Source: Selaginella moellendorffii
Lineage: Eukaryota > Plantae > Lycopodiophyta
Reading direction: 5' to 3'
Length of the DNA stretch: 64,000 nucleotides
Assembly: GCF_000143415.4 (NCBI RefSeq)
Contig: NW_003314276.1
Span: 2,479,072 to 2,543,071 of the forward strand
Shown here: piece by piece, positions 11,746 to 25,935 of the stretch
Position numbering within the stretch: the first letter of the stretch is position 1
How the letters are laid out: each line of letters opens with the position of its first letter
Made by a program: the position numbers and the translations under genes
Notes under the pieces: generated by a model
The model's database searches: none
What the model was told of the DNA's origin: nothing
Seen by the model: only the letters and a program-made list of their open reading frames with translations

Positions 11746-12225
11746 NNNNNNNNNNNNNNNNNNNNNNNNNNNNNNNNNNNNNNNNNNNNNNNNNNNNNNN
11801 NNNNNNNNNNNNNNNNNNNNNNNNNNNNNNNNNNNNNNNNNNNNNNNNNNNNNNNNNNNNNNNNNNNNNNNNNNNNNNNNNNNNNNNNNNNNNNNNNNNN
11901 NNNNNNNNNNNNNNNNNNNNNNNNNNNNNNNNNNNNNNNNNNNNNNNNNNNNNNNNNNNNNNNNNNNNNNNNNNNNNNNNNNNNNNNNNNNNNNNNNNNN
12001 NNNNNNNNNNNNNNNNNNNNNNNNNNNNNNNNNNNNNNNNNNNNNNNNNNNNNNNNNNNNNNNNNNNNNNNNNNNNNNNNNNNNNNNNNNNNNNNNNNNN
12101 NNNNNNNNNNNNNNNNNNNNNNNNNNNNNNNNNNNNNNNNNNNNNNNNNNNNNNNNNNNNNNNNNNNNNNNNNNNNNNNNNNNNNNNNNNNNNNNNNNNN
12201 NNNNNNNNNNNNNNNNNNNNNNNNN
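11746..12225. other. Assembly gap (N run)
   Basis: N bases. Other gaps lie at 13133-13367, 20145-21112 and 40432-40814. Confidence 1.
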
Positions 12226-13132
12226 CTAAGCAAGAAAAAAAATGGATAGCATAATGGAAAGCATTAATAAATCCACTCTATAAACCTTTCAATGGCTTTT
12301 GTAATCCACTAAATTATTATAAAAAAAATTAAGTTTTTGATATATATCTTATTCCTTTTGATATATTTTGTTTTTGCAAAGAGTATAAGTATGTAGTATG
12401 TATGATATAGACAAATCAAAAAGTTAAATCTATATGTGATTTTAAAATTGAAAAGTAATCTTGTAAAAAGGCATACTCACATGCCTGTGTGGTTTTGCCA
12501 TTATTATATATAATAGATCAGCTATATAAAATAAGGCTACGTATTAATTATATGTTAATTTTTAGCTTCTGGAACCCTATAGCCACTTGTCTCATAATAA
12601 GTTGTAACTACTGAGATTGACAATTATGATTCAATATATTGTTATGTCATAATAAAACTTCATTCCCAAGATTGAGATATAGTATATTAGTAAGAGAATT
12701 CTTATTGCTGGGAAGTTTAATTCTTCTTGTGTGTTGCAATGGTTAGGAAGAAGTTTACGTTTGGTCCTGGAAGCCTTTCATATGAATTTCCACCTCTATC
12801 TTTAATCTTAATCAATAATCCACCTTCACCTCTATACAATAATCTTCCTTTTCATTTTGAGGGTTGTTGTAATGCTTTTTCATTTGCGACCTCGACTGTA
12901 ACTAAACAAGAATTCTTTCCTTATGATGTTGTTAAAAGAGTTTGGTTGCCTTTAATGCTCCAAGAGTCTTACTCCAGATATGGTAGAAGTTTACTGTAAA
13001 TACATATTATCTTCAATGTCCTATATGCAACTTTTATTTAAACAAGATAGATGGTTGCATGGCTTTGGTAATTTTTATGAGCATTGTCACAAATACTCAA
13101 GAGTGGGTTTGGAAGGTGTGCATGTGTAGATG
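12226..13132 (+). pseudogene. Degenerate second copy of the MULE accessory-gene region (end of small ORF plus first Zn-finger gene)
   Basis: Colinear with ~34650-35570, e.g. MVRKKFTFGP...LSYE...FHFEGC, with indels and stops. Confidence 0.9.
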
Positions 13133-16034
13133 NNNNNNNNNNNNNNNNNNNNNNNNNNNNNNNNNNNNNNNNNNNNNNNNNNNNNNNNNNNNNNNNNNNN
13201 NNNNNNNNNNNNNNNNNNNNNNNNNNNNNNNNNNNNNNNNNNNNNNNNNNNNNNNNNNNNNNNNNNNNNNNNNNNNNNNNNNNNNNNNNNNNNNNNNNNN
13301 NNNNNNNNNNNNNNNNNNNNNNNNNNNNNNNNNNNNNNNNNNNNNNNNNNNNNNNNNNNNNNNNNNNTGGATTGTTGGATGATATTATCAATGATTGAGG
13401 GTTTTAGTTTGTTTCTAACTTTTGGTGCCAATTTCTTTCATTCCTTTGCATAAAAAAAAACTATCCACTTCTCACTATCCTCAAACTAATAGTAACCAAA
13501 ATGTACTATTTAAACTTTTGAGTGGTATTTTCAATGCTTTATTTTCCATCCATATGATATTTGGTTTGATTTCTTCCTTCTGCTAAGTTTACTAATAATA
13601 TTCTCAACACTCTTTCACTCTCCATTCTTTGTTAACTATGCTTTTGATCCTTATTGTTCATTTTCATTTCTTACAAAACTTAGTTTTATAAATGATCCTG
13701 TTGTTACTTATGCTACTACTTTCTTTATGAAGAAGTTTATTATCACCTTTCTCATGCAAGGGAGCTAATTTAGAAGTAAAAGGAATTTAGCAAGAGTTTG
13801 ATGTTAAACGTTGAACATCAAATCTCTAGGTAAGGGTGCAGGATAACTATATTGAATAAGAGTATTATCTTTTCTAAACAATAAACAATTATAAGCAAAA
13901 ATTGAGATAGTGATTATAACCACTGAGCTTGACATCGATTGAGGATGTGTATTAAAGACCAAACTTGAAGGTTCTTATGATCACTATATATAATAGTCAT
14001 GTGAGAGAACCTTCAAGAAAATGATATCACACTTTAAAAGGGTCCATAATTATAACCAACTACTTATTGAAAATATCATAATTGATCTTTGTAGTTTTGT
14101 CCTTCTAAAAGTGGTGAACAATTAGGTGAAATTTATTATTTAGTCCTAGCAATGAGATAGTTAAATCTCAAATATGTACCTTAATGAAATATGGTTTTAT
14201 ATTGTTTAGATGGATGAGAATTGGAAAACAAAATTCAAATTTTAGGAGAAAAAAAAAGTCTGAGTAGTAGAGGATCACAAAAAAGAAAAAACATCCTTTA
14301 TGGTAGAGGAAGAGCAATTTTGGATAAATCTTGAATAAAGTGCAAAAGTTTACAAAGCTAACAAAGCATCAAACATCATAAATAGAAGTTGGGTGTTGGT
14401 GGAAACCTTTGTAGAATCCATAATGATGCTATATGAGAAAATAATATACCTCAAAACTCTATTGAATATTAATCAAATAGTATTTTCTTAACTTTACAAA
14501 AATCCTATGTTGTCAAAGGTATTGAAGAATATAATGGTCATGCTCTTCTTAAGTCTCAGAAAAAATAATAATATTCAAGAAAATCATAAAATATATTATT
14601 TACCATATATTAGAAAACATCAGGGATGTTAGTCAGACCAAAAAGCATCACTATGTACTAAAAAAGTGGCCATAACAAGTATAAAATGTTATTTTCCGCT
14701 CATCACCCTTCTAAATGCAAATGAAGTTGCAAGCACTATATAAATCAATCTTGATGAAGAATAAAACCTTGGTAATAGGTAACTTGTGATACCTATAATA
14801 CTCATCTAACTCTAATATAAACTTCAATAATGTTAATGTAAGGCATCACTTCTAAATCATCAACATTAAAACAAAACTAAAAGAAAGCAAAAATGAACCA
14901 CTACACAAAACTCTTTTAGCAACGCAGCTAATTGTCACGAATGTGACTTTGGGTATCGAAAGATAATTGTTAGCTAGTCCTTATGAACACTCTTTCCTTA
15001 CTGCCACGACGGCAGGAGGTCGGTACTGCTAGTTCTTTTTATAGCCTCCACCCAAGTTAGTTGAGAAATTGGTCATCGCGTGTGCACTTGACCAGATGAG
15101 CATAAGGATGGAATTCTTAAATGCTATTTGTCAAACATACTTGACCTGGTTAGAGAAACTCATTCATTGACTTGCACTTGTTAGTGTTAGGAACCCTCTC
15201 TATATTGAGTCTAGTCCTTTAATATTGTTACATAATAGCTTACCCTGTCTACTAAATACCTTCGCTATCATGCCCTTTGTATTGGTCTCATATCATTCCA
15301 TTGGCTAATTATGGAAAGTGTCTAGATTTGCTAATTTGGCATATTTACGGAATGTAAATATTGGCCTAAACACAATGGTGTTCGTCCTATGTCCAAATTC
15401 ACAATTTAATGCTATTCCATATTTAATAAGTTTTGAGTTAGTCCCAAAGATTAATTCTTGATACTAAGGGAAGCTTGGGGTGAAAACCCAAAGTGTGTGT
15501 TCCTTAGGGGGGGGGGGGGGGGGGGGGGGCTTATAGAGGGTCCAAATGTATAATAGGGATAATGGTTGGAATGCATGGTTACCACTTTAAACATTAGTTT
15601 GACTTTTGTTGGGTTGTGTGTGTTGTTCCTTGTTTTGCATCTGTCTTGGGTTTAAGCTCAAACTCCATGTTGCTTTAGTCAGTGGGGTACCCTTCTCTTT
15701 GTGTTAGGCCATTGGTATGCCAAAATTGTGCTAGACACTGTCTGACACCATTTTGCGTGCAGGTGCTGGATATGGGGAGCTGGTGCTTGTGGGATTGTAC
15801 CAGACCCTTGTTTTGTAGCACTACAGGCTTGGAGTTCAGTTCCAAATTCATGTATGCTACATTTGGTATCAGAGGAATTGTCTCAGCGATTTTTATCCAA
15901 CTTTTGTCAGATTTTCTGACTCAAGTTGCATACGCAAAGACTTTTCTAGTAGATCTGAAGTAACATGTGTAGGATTAGTTGGATTGCATAATTCGGTAAG
16001 AACGTTGTATGCATGTTCAGTTACTAATAGAGGC

Positions 16035-17672
16035 ATGCATGCAGCTAGCGGGATGGTGAAAAGGAACCGTGCTGATAATGCTGAAACCTCTAGATGGGCA
16101 AATCGAGAGGAGAAAACTCTTGCTAGAGATGCTACGGAAGAGGCAGAGGTTGAGTCAGAAGAGAAAGTGCTAAATGCTATGGTACTGTAGCATACAGCTC
16201 AGGAAGTTAAGATTGAGAATTTGCAAAGGGAAGTTTGCAAATTGAAGAAAGAGAACAAGAAGAGGAAGAAAGAAATTGAGGTAACTAAACCAGCTAAATT
16301 AAAGCAACTAGACTCCTCTTCAAGTTCTGAGGATGATGAAGTTCTACAACCGCCCCTGGTTGCACGAGTTTCAAAGTTCAAGCCTCAGAAACCACCCAAT
16401 TTTAGAGGCATGTAGGACTATCAAGTTTTGGAAGATTGGGTATATGATATAGAAAACTATTTCATAGCAGCAGATGTAGATGATCGTATAAAAGTTGTGT
16501 GCATAAAATCCTTTCTCACCGATCATGCCAAAACTTGGTGGTGCCAGGTGTGTGCTGAAAAAGGGTAGACTAGAATTTAGACCAAGATGGAGTCTCGCAT
16601 CTGTAAGGAATACTTGTTGGATGATTTTGGTCTGAGACTTCACACGAAGCTACAGTAGTTAAACCAGCGAGGGGACCTTATGCATTACGTTAATGCATTT
16701 GCTCAGAAGCACATTATGATTGCAAATATAAGTGACAAAGATGCTTGAAGTTATTTTTTGGAGGGTTTAAGTTCATTTTCTTGCAATGAGATTTTGAAGT
16801 TTAAGCCAAAGACGTACCTAGAGTGTAAGGAGGCAGCACAACAAGTTGCCTTTAATCACTTGCTCATGGAACAATATCAACAGCCATATGCTGGTACCTC
16901 GGACAAGAATAAGAATTTTGGGAATAAATAAGGTGATTAGAAACAGAGGGTGGAAGGAAAGTTTTGCCCTAGAGGCTCACACATTGGTTAACAAAGGTGG
17001 TGGTGGTTGGAGACCACCAATAGCTTCTTCCGGTTCTAGGCCTTATATTCCTCCTCTTGGTGGGTACAAGCAACAACAACCTACAAAATCTACTCCTAGC
17101 AAAATAGGTAATGTGGGTTATTGCTTCCATTGTGGAGAGTCAGGATATAAGTCTTTGGAATGTCCCAATAAGCATAAGACATGGTCTCGTATTAATATCA
17201 TGAGGGAAGACGGTGGTGGTGAAGATGAAGGGGTTGATGAGTTGGTCAATATAGACTATGGGGAGGAGGAGATGAGTTACTTTCATTGCTTTCCTCAAGT
17301 TTTTCTTACAATCAATGCAAACACTGATTTGTTGATATATCTAGTAGGCTTTTTTTGTGGACACCGAATCCGAGTGATGATTGACACAGGAGCTACACAC
17401 AGTGTGATATCTGAAGACTTAGTTAAGTTAGGGTTGAATGCTGAGCAGATGTCACCCATACACTTCCGATTTGTGGAAGGTGGGCAAGTAGCCAGAAAAT
17501 TTATGAGTGATGTTCCAATAAAAATATGCAAGTGGAAAGAAAGAGTGGACTTGGTAATGTTGAAGATACTAGATTTTCAAATGGTGTTTGGTTTAGATTT
17601 CTTCAACAATGGAAGTGATCCATTCGCAAAGGCAATCTTGCATTATGCAAAGTTGTCAAAGCAGGACATTGG
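16035..17672 (+). pseudogene. Degenerate gag, zinc knuckle and aspartic protease
   Basis: KPQKPPNFRG, CFHCGESGYKSLECP, VMIDTGATHS and FGLDF motifs, with stops and frameshifts. Confidence 0.85.
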
Positions 17673-18816
17673 TGTAAGGAACCAACTCGCCGAGGTGTCA
17701 TAGGTTATAGGAACCCCAAAAACATGACCAAAATGACAAAGAGTTCATCGGATGGGACCAAGTCGAGGATCGAGTCCAAGACTGACTCTAGGACCGAGTT
17801 CGAGATAGAGTCCGAAATCGAGTCCGAGACCGACTCGGGGACCGAGTTCGAGTCCGAGTTCGAGACCGAGTTCAAGACGGAGTCCGAGATCCAAAATCGG
17901 GTCCGAGACCGAGTCCGAGGTCGAGTCCGAGGTCGGGTCCGAGATCGAGTCTGAGATCGAGTCCGAGACCGAATCCGAAGTCGGATCCGAAATCGGGTCT
18001 GAGATCGAGCCAGAGACTTAAGTCTAAATACTAATACGGGTCAAGGGGTGAAAGCCCAAAGCGTGCGTCTACGTGGGGGGGCTGCAGGGGGTTCCAAAAG
18101 TATAGTAGGGATAGAGAGGTCCAGGAACTAGTCTTGAAAGAACTCTCCAGTGGTGCTTCCAAACTGACTTAAGGTTGAGACTGGGGCCGAGGGGCCTTGG
18201 GTGGGAGTGAGCATGGGCTTGGGTGGTGCCGGAGGGGCCACCCAAGGAAGTGCTCAAGAGCAGCTCCCACTCCCGAAAGGGAAACCGACTACGGTGCTCC
18301 CGGCTCAGGTGGAGTGGTGCCCCACTTGAGTACCTTGTGGCTCATTGGTCCTCACCCTTCCTAGGGGCTTGGGCCTTCCCTTCGGGATGGAAATGGGGGG
18401 GTAGAGGTACCCATACCGAGCCGTTAGGCCACGGTGTTTCGCCCCGATGTCCCGAAGCAAGTGCTGCACCCAAGGCTTGGGATTTAGAGGGTCCCATGAT
18501 CAAGTCTAGTGGTACCTTGGGGTGTTAGGAATCTGGAGGCTTGGTGTGCTTGGCTGCTTGTGCCTGCGGGGAATGTAGCCGAACCTTAAGTCCAGTCTAA
18601 CCCGGGGAGGGGGATTGGGAGAGATTTGGGAATCCGTAGATTGATGGCTAACACTCCGTTGCTCGTGCAGTGAGTAGCTGAAACCAAGTAGGACCAAGTA
18701 GGAGCTGGTACCATAGGCGAGAACCTTGGCGAGGGAACTTAGCACAAGCCAAGGCAGAGTTGGTCGGATAGTCGAGGTAAGCTGGCAAATTGGAAAGGAA
18801 AAATTTGTGGCTTACA
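17673..18816 (+). mobile_element. Solo LTR of the chromovirus family seen at 62209-64000
   Basis: TGTAAG...CTTACA, TSD ATTGG on both sides; reverse complement of 62209-63356. Confidence 0.93.
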
Positions 18817-21800
18817 ATTGGTAGTGAAGTGGCAAAAGTTGCTAGTTGAACCAATGCAAAGCTTCACTTCTCAATTTAGGATAGGCTTATATTCTATAAG
18901 CAAGAAAGATTGTATTTTCCCTCTAAGGACCTATAGCAATTATTTCTACAGGAATATCATGATGTTTTGGCAGTAGGACATGGTGGAAAAAGAAAGACTC
19001 TTCATTGAAAAAATGATTTTTCTGGTTTGGTATAGAAGGTGAAGTATAAGGATTGTAATAAAGAATAGCTTTGTAAATTTTGTAATAAATCTTATAAATT
19101 AATAAAGTAATATATATTTCTATAAATCAAAGTTTCATTTCAGTGCATGGGTCAGTTTTGGCAGGCTGACTTCGGCACTTTGTTGCATGGGTTCAATCCA
19201 TAACCATGGGGATAACTATTATAGACTGATCACAAGTCCCCACATCTCTCTCAATGAATCATTTTTTATAAAGGGGTGTGGTTGTTTAAATAACTTAATC
19301 TGTCAGTTTATAATAGTTGTCTAAATCTTTTCGACAGGGTTGATTTCTTGCTCAGGGGAAGTTGGGCCTCTGGCCTTCTCCTTATATCTCTGTGGGCAGG
19401 GATATATCATTCTTTTGTAAGCCGAGTGGTACTCGGAGCAACAAAGGTGGCTAACTTTGTTAGTTATTTCCTTATCAGTGACTGCCGGAGGGTGTTTGGG
19501 TCTTAATGTCTTTGGATGTAGAGGAGAGGTAGTTCCATAACTCATTTAAGCCGGTGTGTTTCCCATATAGTGTACTTTCCATTAACTTCTAGAGTTATTT
19601 TCTTGACGGTTTGCTAGACTCAAGTGTGCATCGACGAGGACATCGATCTTTCCTAAAGGGGGGAGAGTGTCGCGAATATGACTTTGGGTATCGAAAAATA
19701 CTTATTGGCCAATCTTTACATACACTTTTTCCTTACTGCTACAACGGCAGGAGGTTGGTACTGCTAGTTCTTTTTATAGCCTCCACCCAAGTTAGTTGAG
19801 AAATTGGTCATCACGTGTGCACTTGACCAGATGAGCATAAGGATGGAATTCCTAAATGCTATTTGTCAAATATACTTGACCTAGTTAGAGAAACTCATTC
19901 ATTGACTTGCACTTGTTAGTGTTAGGAACCCCCTCTACATTGAATCTAGTCCCTTAATATCGTTACATAATAGCTTACCCTGTCTACTAAATACCTTCGC
20001 TATCATGCCCTTTGTATTGGTCTCATTTCATTCCATTAGTTAATTATGGAAAGTGTTTAAATTTGCTAATTTGGCATATCTATGGAATGTAGACATTGGC
20101 CTAAACACAATGGTGTTCGTCCCATGTCCAAACACAATCTAGTGNNNNNNNNNNNNNNNNNNNNNNNNNNNNNNNNNNNNNNNNNNNNNNNNNNNNNNNN
20201 NNNNNNNNNNNNNNNNNNNNNNNNNNNNNNNNNNNNNNNNNNNNNNNNNNNNNNNNNNNNNNNNNNNNNNNNNNNNNNNNNNNNNNNNNNNNNNNNNNNN
20301 NNNNNNNNNNNNNNNNNNNNNNNNNNNNNNNNNNNNNNNNNNNNNNNNNNNNNNNNNNNNNNNNNNNNNNNNNNNNNNNNNNNNNNNNNNNNNNNNNNNN
20401 NNNNNNNNNNNNNNNNNNNNNNNNNNNNNNNNNNNNNNNNNNNNNNNNNNNNNNNNNNNNNNNNNNNNNNNNNNNNNNNNNNNNNNNNNNNNNNNNNNNN
20501 NNNNNNNNNNNNNNNNNNNNNNNNNNNNNNNNNNNNNNNNNNNNNNNNNNNNNNNNNNNNNNNNNNNNNNNNNNNNNNNNNNNNNNNNNNNNNNNNNNNN
20601 NNNNNNNNNNNNNNNNNNNNNNNNNNNNNNNNNNNNNNNNNNNNNNNNNNNNNNNNNNNNNNNNNNNNNNNNNNNNNNNNNNNNNNNNNNNNNNNNNNNN
20701 NNNNNNNNNNNNNNNNNNNNNNNNNNNNNNNNNNNNNNNNNNNNNNNNNNNNNNNNNNNNNNNNNNNNNNNNNNNNNNNNNNNNNNNNNNNNNNNNNNNN
20801 NNNNNNNNNNNNNNNNNNNNNNNNNNNNNNNNNNNNNNNNNNNNNNNNNNNNNNNNNNNNNNNNNNNNNNNNNNNNNNNNNNNNNNNNNNNNNNNNNNNN
20901 NNNNNNNNNNNNNNNNNNNNNNNNNNNNNNNNNNNNNNNNNNNNNNNNNNNNNNNNNNNNNNNNNNNNNNNNNNNNNNNNNNNNNNNNNNNNNNNNNNNN
21001 NNNNNNNNNNNNNNNNNNNNNNNNNNNNNNNNNNNNNNNNNNNNNNNNNNNNNNNNNNNNNNNNNNNNNNNNNNNNNNNNNNNNNNNNNNNNNNNNNNNN
21101 NNNNNNNNNNNNGTAAAATTTTGGGTTGGTCTTGGAGATTAATTCTTATACTAGGGGAGGGGGAAAGAAAATATTTGTGTGGGGGGGGGGGGGGGGGCTA
21201 TAGGGGGGTTTCAAATGTATAGTAGGGATAGTGGTTAGTTTAGACAAAGATATTAGTTTGACTTCTGTTAGGATGTGTCACTCTTTGTTCAGCGTCCGGC
21301 TTGGGTCTAAGCCAAAGCTCCACATTGCTCTAGTCAATGGGGTACTCTCGTCCTCGCGTTAGGCCACTGATATACCAAAAATTGTGCCAGAAATTGTCTG
21401 ATACTATTTTGCATGCAAGTGCTAAATATGGGGAGCTAGTGCTTGTGGGATTGTATTGGACCCTTGTTTTGTAGTGTTATAGGCTTGGAGTTTGGCGCTA
21501 AATTCAGGTGCACTACACTAATTAAGGTTGAAGATACTATATCTAGTATTTAAGACTAATCCTTCAATAATACTCAGTTATAGATATCACATCATTAAAT
21601 ATTGAATCACCACACCCAAGACTTAATGAAATCCAACCATAGACTAAACGCATCGATAGAGGTAGAAACAATATGTTAACATGGAAAAATCATGTAAGTT
21701 TAACAGCAAAATCCTCCACAACACTATCCGGTAAAGCAAGTCTATCATTGCTAAATCATGATCAAATTAAGTAAAATGCCAATAGTTGTCAATGAATTTT

Positions 21801-21829
21801 ACAAGTAATTGTTGAGAGGGAAGCCTCTC

Positions 21830-24420
21830 AACAATGGGGAGAACACTCTTTCATACTTTGAAATCTTGGTCAAACATTTCTCTTGTATGAACTCCCTGCC
21901 CTAAAAATGGGGAAGAAGGGGATATACATCTGCATCCAACATCTCACGCTCCTAGAATATTCTAAAGAATCTCACTCAAAGCTTTAAGCCATCGTCTAAT
22001 AGGCAACAACAAGGGAATGCATTATCTTCACCATGCACGAGAACCCAGGCCAAAGTGTTAATGAAAACTCCAAGGTGATGCCCTATGTTGACCACTTCTG
22101 TAAGAAGTGACCATAGAAAAGTAAAGGAAAGAGAAAAAGAAGAAGAAAGAGAGTGTGAAGTTCTAGAGTCAAGGGAAAACCATATGGAAAAACTTGACAA
22201 AAGAACTAAACACTATAACAAAAGGAGACAAAGTGGAGAAAAACAAAGTAAATATGAAACAAAGAAAAGAAAAGAAAAAGAGAAAAGCAAAGGAGAAATA
22301 GAAAAAGAAGATAAAGATATGAAATCAAATAGGAGAACCATTTACCTGGACTCCAACTTAAAGCCTTCTCACTTCTAGAAAGTGTCTCAAACATAGCCAA
22401 CCTATTCTCAAAGGTGCAAGGGAATGAAATGATGGAAGGGAATGTGTTACCTAGGAATGGCAACTGCAGAAGTGATGGAAGACAACCTAACAAATGAATA
22501 GTGGAAGATAGTGATGGCTGATTTAAATGGAGTGATAGTGGAGGGGATTTAGTAGCCTGTGAATATGGTAGAAATGGTTGCCAACATGTGTGCTCGTTGC
22601 GAAAGAAGAAAAGGCTTGCAGTCTTTGCAAACATCTATTAGGATCATTGTTTTCTATTGTTGTAGAAATGTGGGATCGGTAAAACATCTACCCAAAGTAA
22701 TCCCTAGTCTCCTATGTGCATTAAGTTCAACCAGCTCTTAAAAATCAGCTACTAAGTGTCCTAGATTTTCCCATACTTGCTACATCGAGATAGTTTACAT
22801 CATAGCTTGAGTTTGACACATCAGATTTTGCAGCTTCTTAATGCCTCTACTGTGTATGATTATCAGGAATAGAATAATGTAATGGGATCCTCAAAACTAT
22901 ATGTGCATAGTCAAAAAAGTGAAGAAATGTGAATTGGGCAATTGTAGTGAGTGGTAAACAATGCTGTAGCAAGTAGCAAAATGAATGAATTGTGATTGTG
23001 AGTGATAAAGAGTGATGATGATGATAGATGGAGTAAAACCATGCAAAACAAACCCAGGAAAAATAATAAATTTGGAGAACTCTCTCCCAATGATTAAGCT
23101 TGTGGTAGGAGGTCATAAAGAGTTTTGAAGGAGGTTAGGGATGATGCAAAAGCTGGCCATGTCACCCTCTAATGTGTGATGTTGTGTAAGCCCAAAGTGA
23201 TGAAATCTAGAGCTTGGTTGTATGTGGTCACCTATGGAGCCTCTAGAGCATGGAAAAAAGTGTTTCTAAAGTAGTGAACTCAATCAGAAGTGTTCACAAG
23301 AATCTAATAGTCAAGTGAAGTGTCAGTGGCCACAAAAGATGCCATGATCACTGTGGGTGATGCCATGGCTTGTATCTTATGGCTGGGGAAGTCTAGTATG
23401 ACATCCCAAGGCTAGAAAAACTTCTGAAAAGAGCCAAGATGGTGGTGGAGAAAAGGTGATACTTTTGCCACCTTTGGTAAATAGATAATTTGCAACATTT
23501 TAGCCTATATGCACCTTGTCCATCTATTGTGTCAAAGTGTTGTGGACTATGGTGGAGGGCTAGAGATGGTCCAGAGAAAAAGTTGTGGCTAGAAACAACC
23601 TCTAGAGTTGTTGCTCATCATCGCTTGCAAGGTTACACGATAAAGTATATGTGACTTGGAGATTTTCCTATAGAGGCATGGTTAATAGAACATCATAGAA
23701 TTCGTGGTGGATATCAATTCCAAGGGAGGAAGAGAAATCATGCTCTATAGCTGCAAACTCCTTCGGCAACACCAATGCAAGTGACACTACATCAATCTCA
23801 AGTGAAGTGGTCTCATATGGTGGCCAAGGCTGCATCTGGATGGGCCTTGTGCTCCACAAGCATAGGAGTTATTGCTTCTACCCAAAAACTCATGTGGATT
23901 TCACTCATGTCGATAGAGTTGTATGGAATCTCTAAGCCGAGAAGAACTAGATCTAGCACCTTTGACTGTGTGAGAATGTGTTGTGGAGTTTCCTTTTGTG
24001 TCTCTACAATAGGATCTGTCTCAAGAAAGTCTCTCTCCAAATGCACCATGAAAACTATGTTCTCCTCCAAGTTAGGCATTTTTTGAATCTTGAGAATCTT
24101 GTCTGGATATTTTGCCTCCTTAAGCCCAAGTGAGCATGGTGATAGAGAGTGGATGGAGGAGAAGTTGAGGGACAAGATTGTCCAGTTTGTGTGTAGAAAA
24201 TAAATCATGCTACATCACAAAGACTAAGACTCCATCGTCATGTTAACAATTGACAAAGAAGCAACAGATCATTATGGAGAGGAGCTTAATGGTGCTAGTG
24301 TGGCCTTAGCCATGTCCTGAGATGCCAAGGCCTACCCTTTAGCATTGAGAATTGTCATCTAGCTATTACCTCTTTAATTCTGTAGTTGCCAGTACTTGAA
24401 GTCGAAGACACAAAGCACTA
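21830..24420 (-). mobile_element. Very decayed LTR retrotransposon, probably Ty1/Copia
   Basis: ETPQH...SFWVEAI resembles the Copia integrase core; other domains are not clearly readable. Confidence 0.35.
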
Positions 24421-24444
24421 CATCTAATTATAGCCATCCCAAGA

Positions 24445-25180
24445 TGACAGACTTCTCTTGTTCTGCTTGAAGATGGTACTAATAAATTTAACTACCTTAC
24501 TTTTTCTTATTAACCTCTTGTGCATCTTTGTGGGAATAGTGCTAATTCTGTCACTTATATCTCCAACTCTCTTCCTCTTAAGATTGAAACTAGATTTCTC
24601 AAGATTTTCAATCTCATATGAGGTGGGCATAACCTTATTAGCAATCGGCCATTTTTTAGGTAATGCATTAGATTTAGTCACTATAGTGTCTTCAAACCAC
24701 TTTGTATTGTTAGCATTGGTGTTGTAATAATACAACTAACACCATCTCAAAAATCTTACTTGCTTTCATTCCCTATAGAAATATGGGGCTAAAATAGAAG
24801 TAGACTTGTCACCACGGATCCAAGCCCAACACTTACCCCTTGGAAATATGTATACACATTTTACATTGGATTTTGTTAGCACTTAGTAGATTGCATATTG
24901 CCTCTACTCCACACTACAGTAAATGATTTCAAATTGTTATGATGTACTCTTTTCATTAGTTACTTGAGATGGTTTAGTCCAAGGTGGTGTTTTGAAGCAG
25001 AATGGTATTCAATATTAGTCCTATAAGGGTTTTCTACTCAAAGTGTTATGCTAACATCTTCACCAGCAAAGAAAAAGTAACTCTTTGAGTAGGTAGTCTT
25101 CATGTCACGAATAAAAAACCAAGGAGTGTATTGCATAGATGTGTTATAGACCACTTCTTCAACTGCAGTTGCCACTATTT
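24445..25180 (-). pseudogene. Decayed internal fragment of the MULE transposase
   Basis: EDTIVTKSNALPKKWPIAN...EIENLEKS...KVVKFI matches ~44620-45345. Confidence 0.85.
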
Positions 25181-25183
25181 AGG

Positions 25184-25935
25184 TGTAAGCCACAAATTTT
25201 CGTTTGCTAATTTGCCAACTTATCTCATTTATTTGACCACTTTTGCCTTGGCTTTCGCTAAGTCCTTTTACCAAGATTCTCACCTATCATACCAACTCCA
25301 ACTTGGTTCTACTTAGGTTCAACTACTTATTATATAAACAATAGAGTATCAGCCAACTCTTCACAGGTTCCCAAACTCTCTCCCAATCCCCCTCACTGGG
25401 TTAGATTGAACTTAAAGTTTGGCTACACTCTCCACAAGCACAAGTAGCCAAATACACCAAACCTCCATATTCCTAACATCTTATAGTATGCAAGGCTTGA
25501 TCATATAACCTTTTAAATCCCAAGGCTTAGGTACATCTCTTAGTCTGGGGGGAAAACACCATAACCTAATGGCCTGATATAAGTACCTCAACTCCCCACC
25601 TCCATCTCGAAGGGAAAGCCTAAGTCCTTAAGAAGGGGTGAGGATTAATGAGCCTCAAGTAGGGCACCACTCTATTTAAGCTAGAAGTACTATAGATAGA
25701 CATACTTTTGAGAGCGGGAACTACTCTTAAGCACTTCCTTGAGGAGCCTCTTTCGCACTTCTTAAGCCCATACTCACTCCCAAACAAGGCTACACACCCT
25801 TAATTTGGTTTGGAAGCACCTTTGGAAAGTTCCTTCAAGATTAAGTCTTTAGCTTCATTTTCCCTACTATACTTATAGAACTAAACCCCCCCTCCACTCC
25901 CCCCAAGGAGACAATCACTTTCGGCTTTCACCTTG
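25184..25935 (-). mobile_element. Truncated older copy of the chromovirus LTR (62209 family)
   Basis: Starts TGTAAGCCACAAATTTT and is colinear with 62209-62975. Confidence 0.8.

Larger units (their letters stand above)
14933..21517 (+). mobile_element. Ty3/Gypsy LTR retrotransposon with both LTRs, internally deleted (gag and protease present; no RT/RH recognised)
   Basis: 5' LTR 14933-15861 and 3' LTR 19668-21517 (gapped), TG...CA ends, TSD CTAAT on both sides, PBS TGGTATCAGAG (tRNA-iMet) at 15864, PPT AAAGGGGGGAGAG at ~19655. Confidence 0.92.

Noticed and set aside
11736-13453. ORFs made of X residues (also 20082-21116)
   Set aside because: Artefacts of assembly gaps.
13368-14932. Possible retroelement gag debris
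   Set aside because: Too degraded to assign a family or boundaries.
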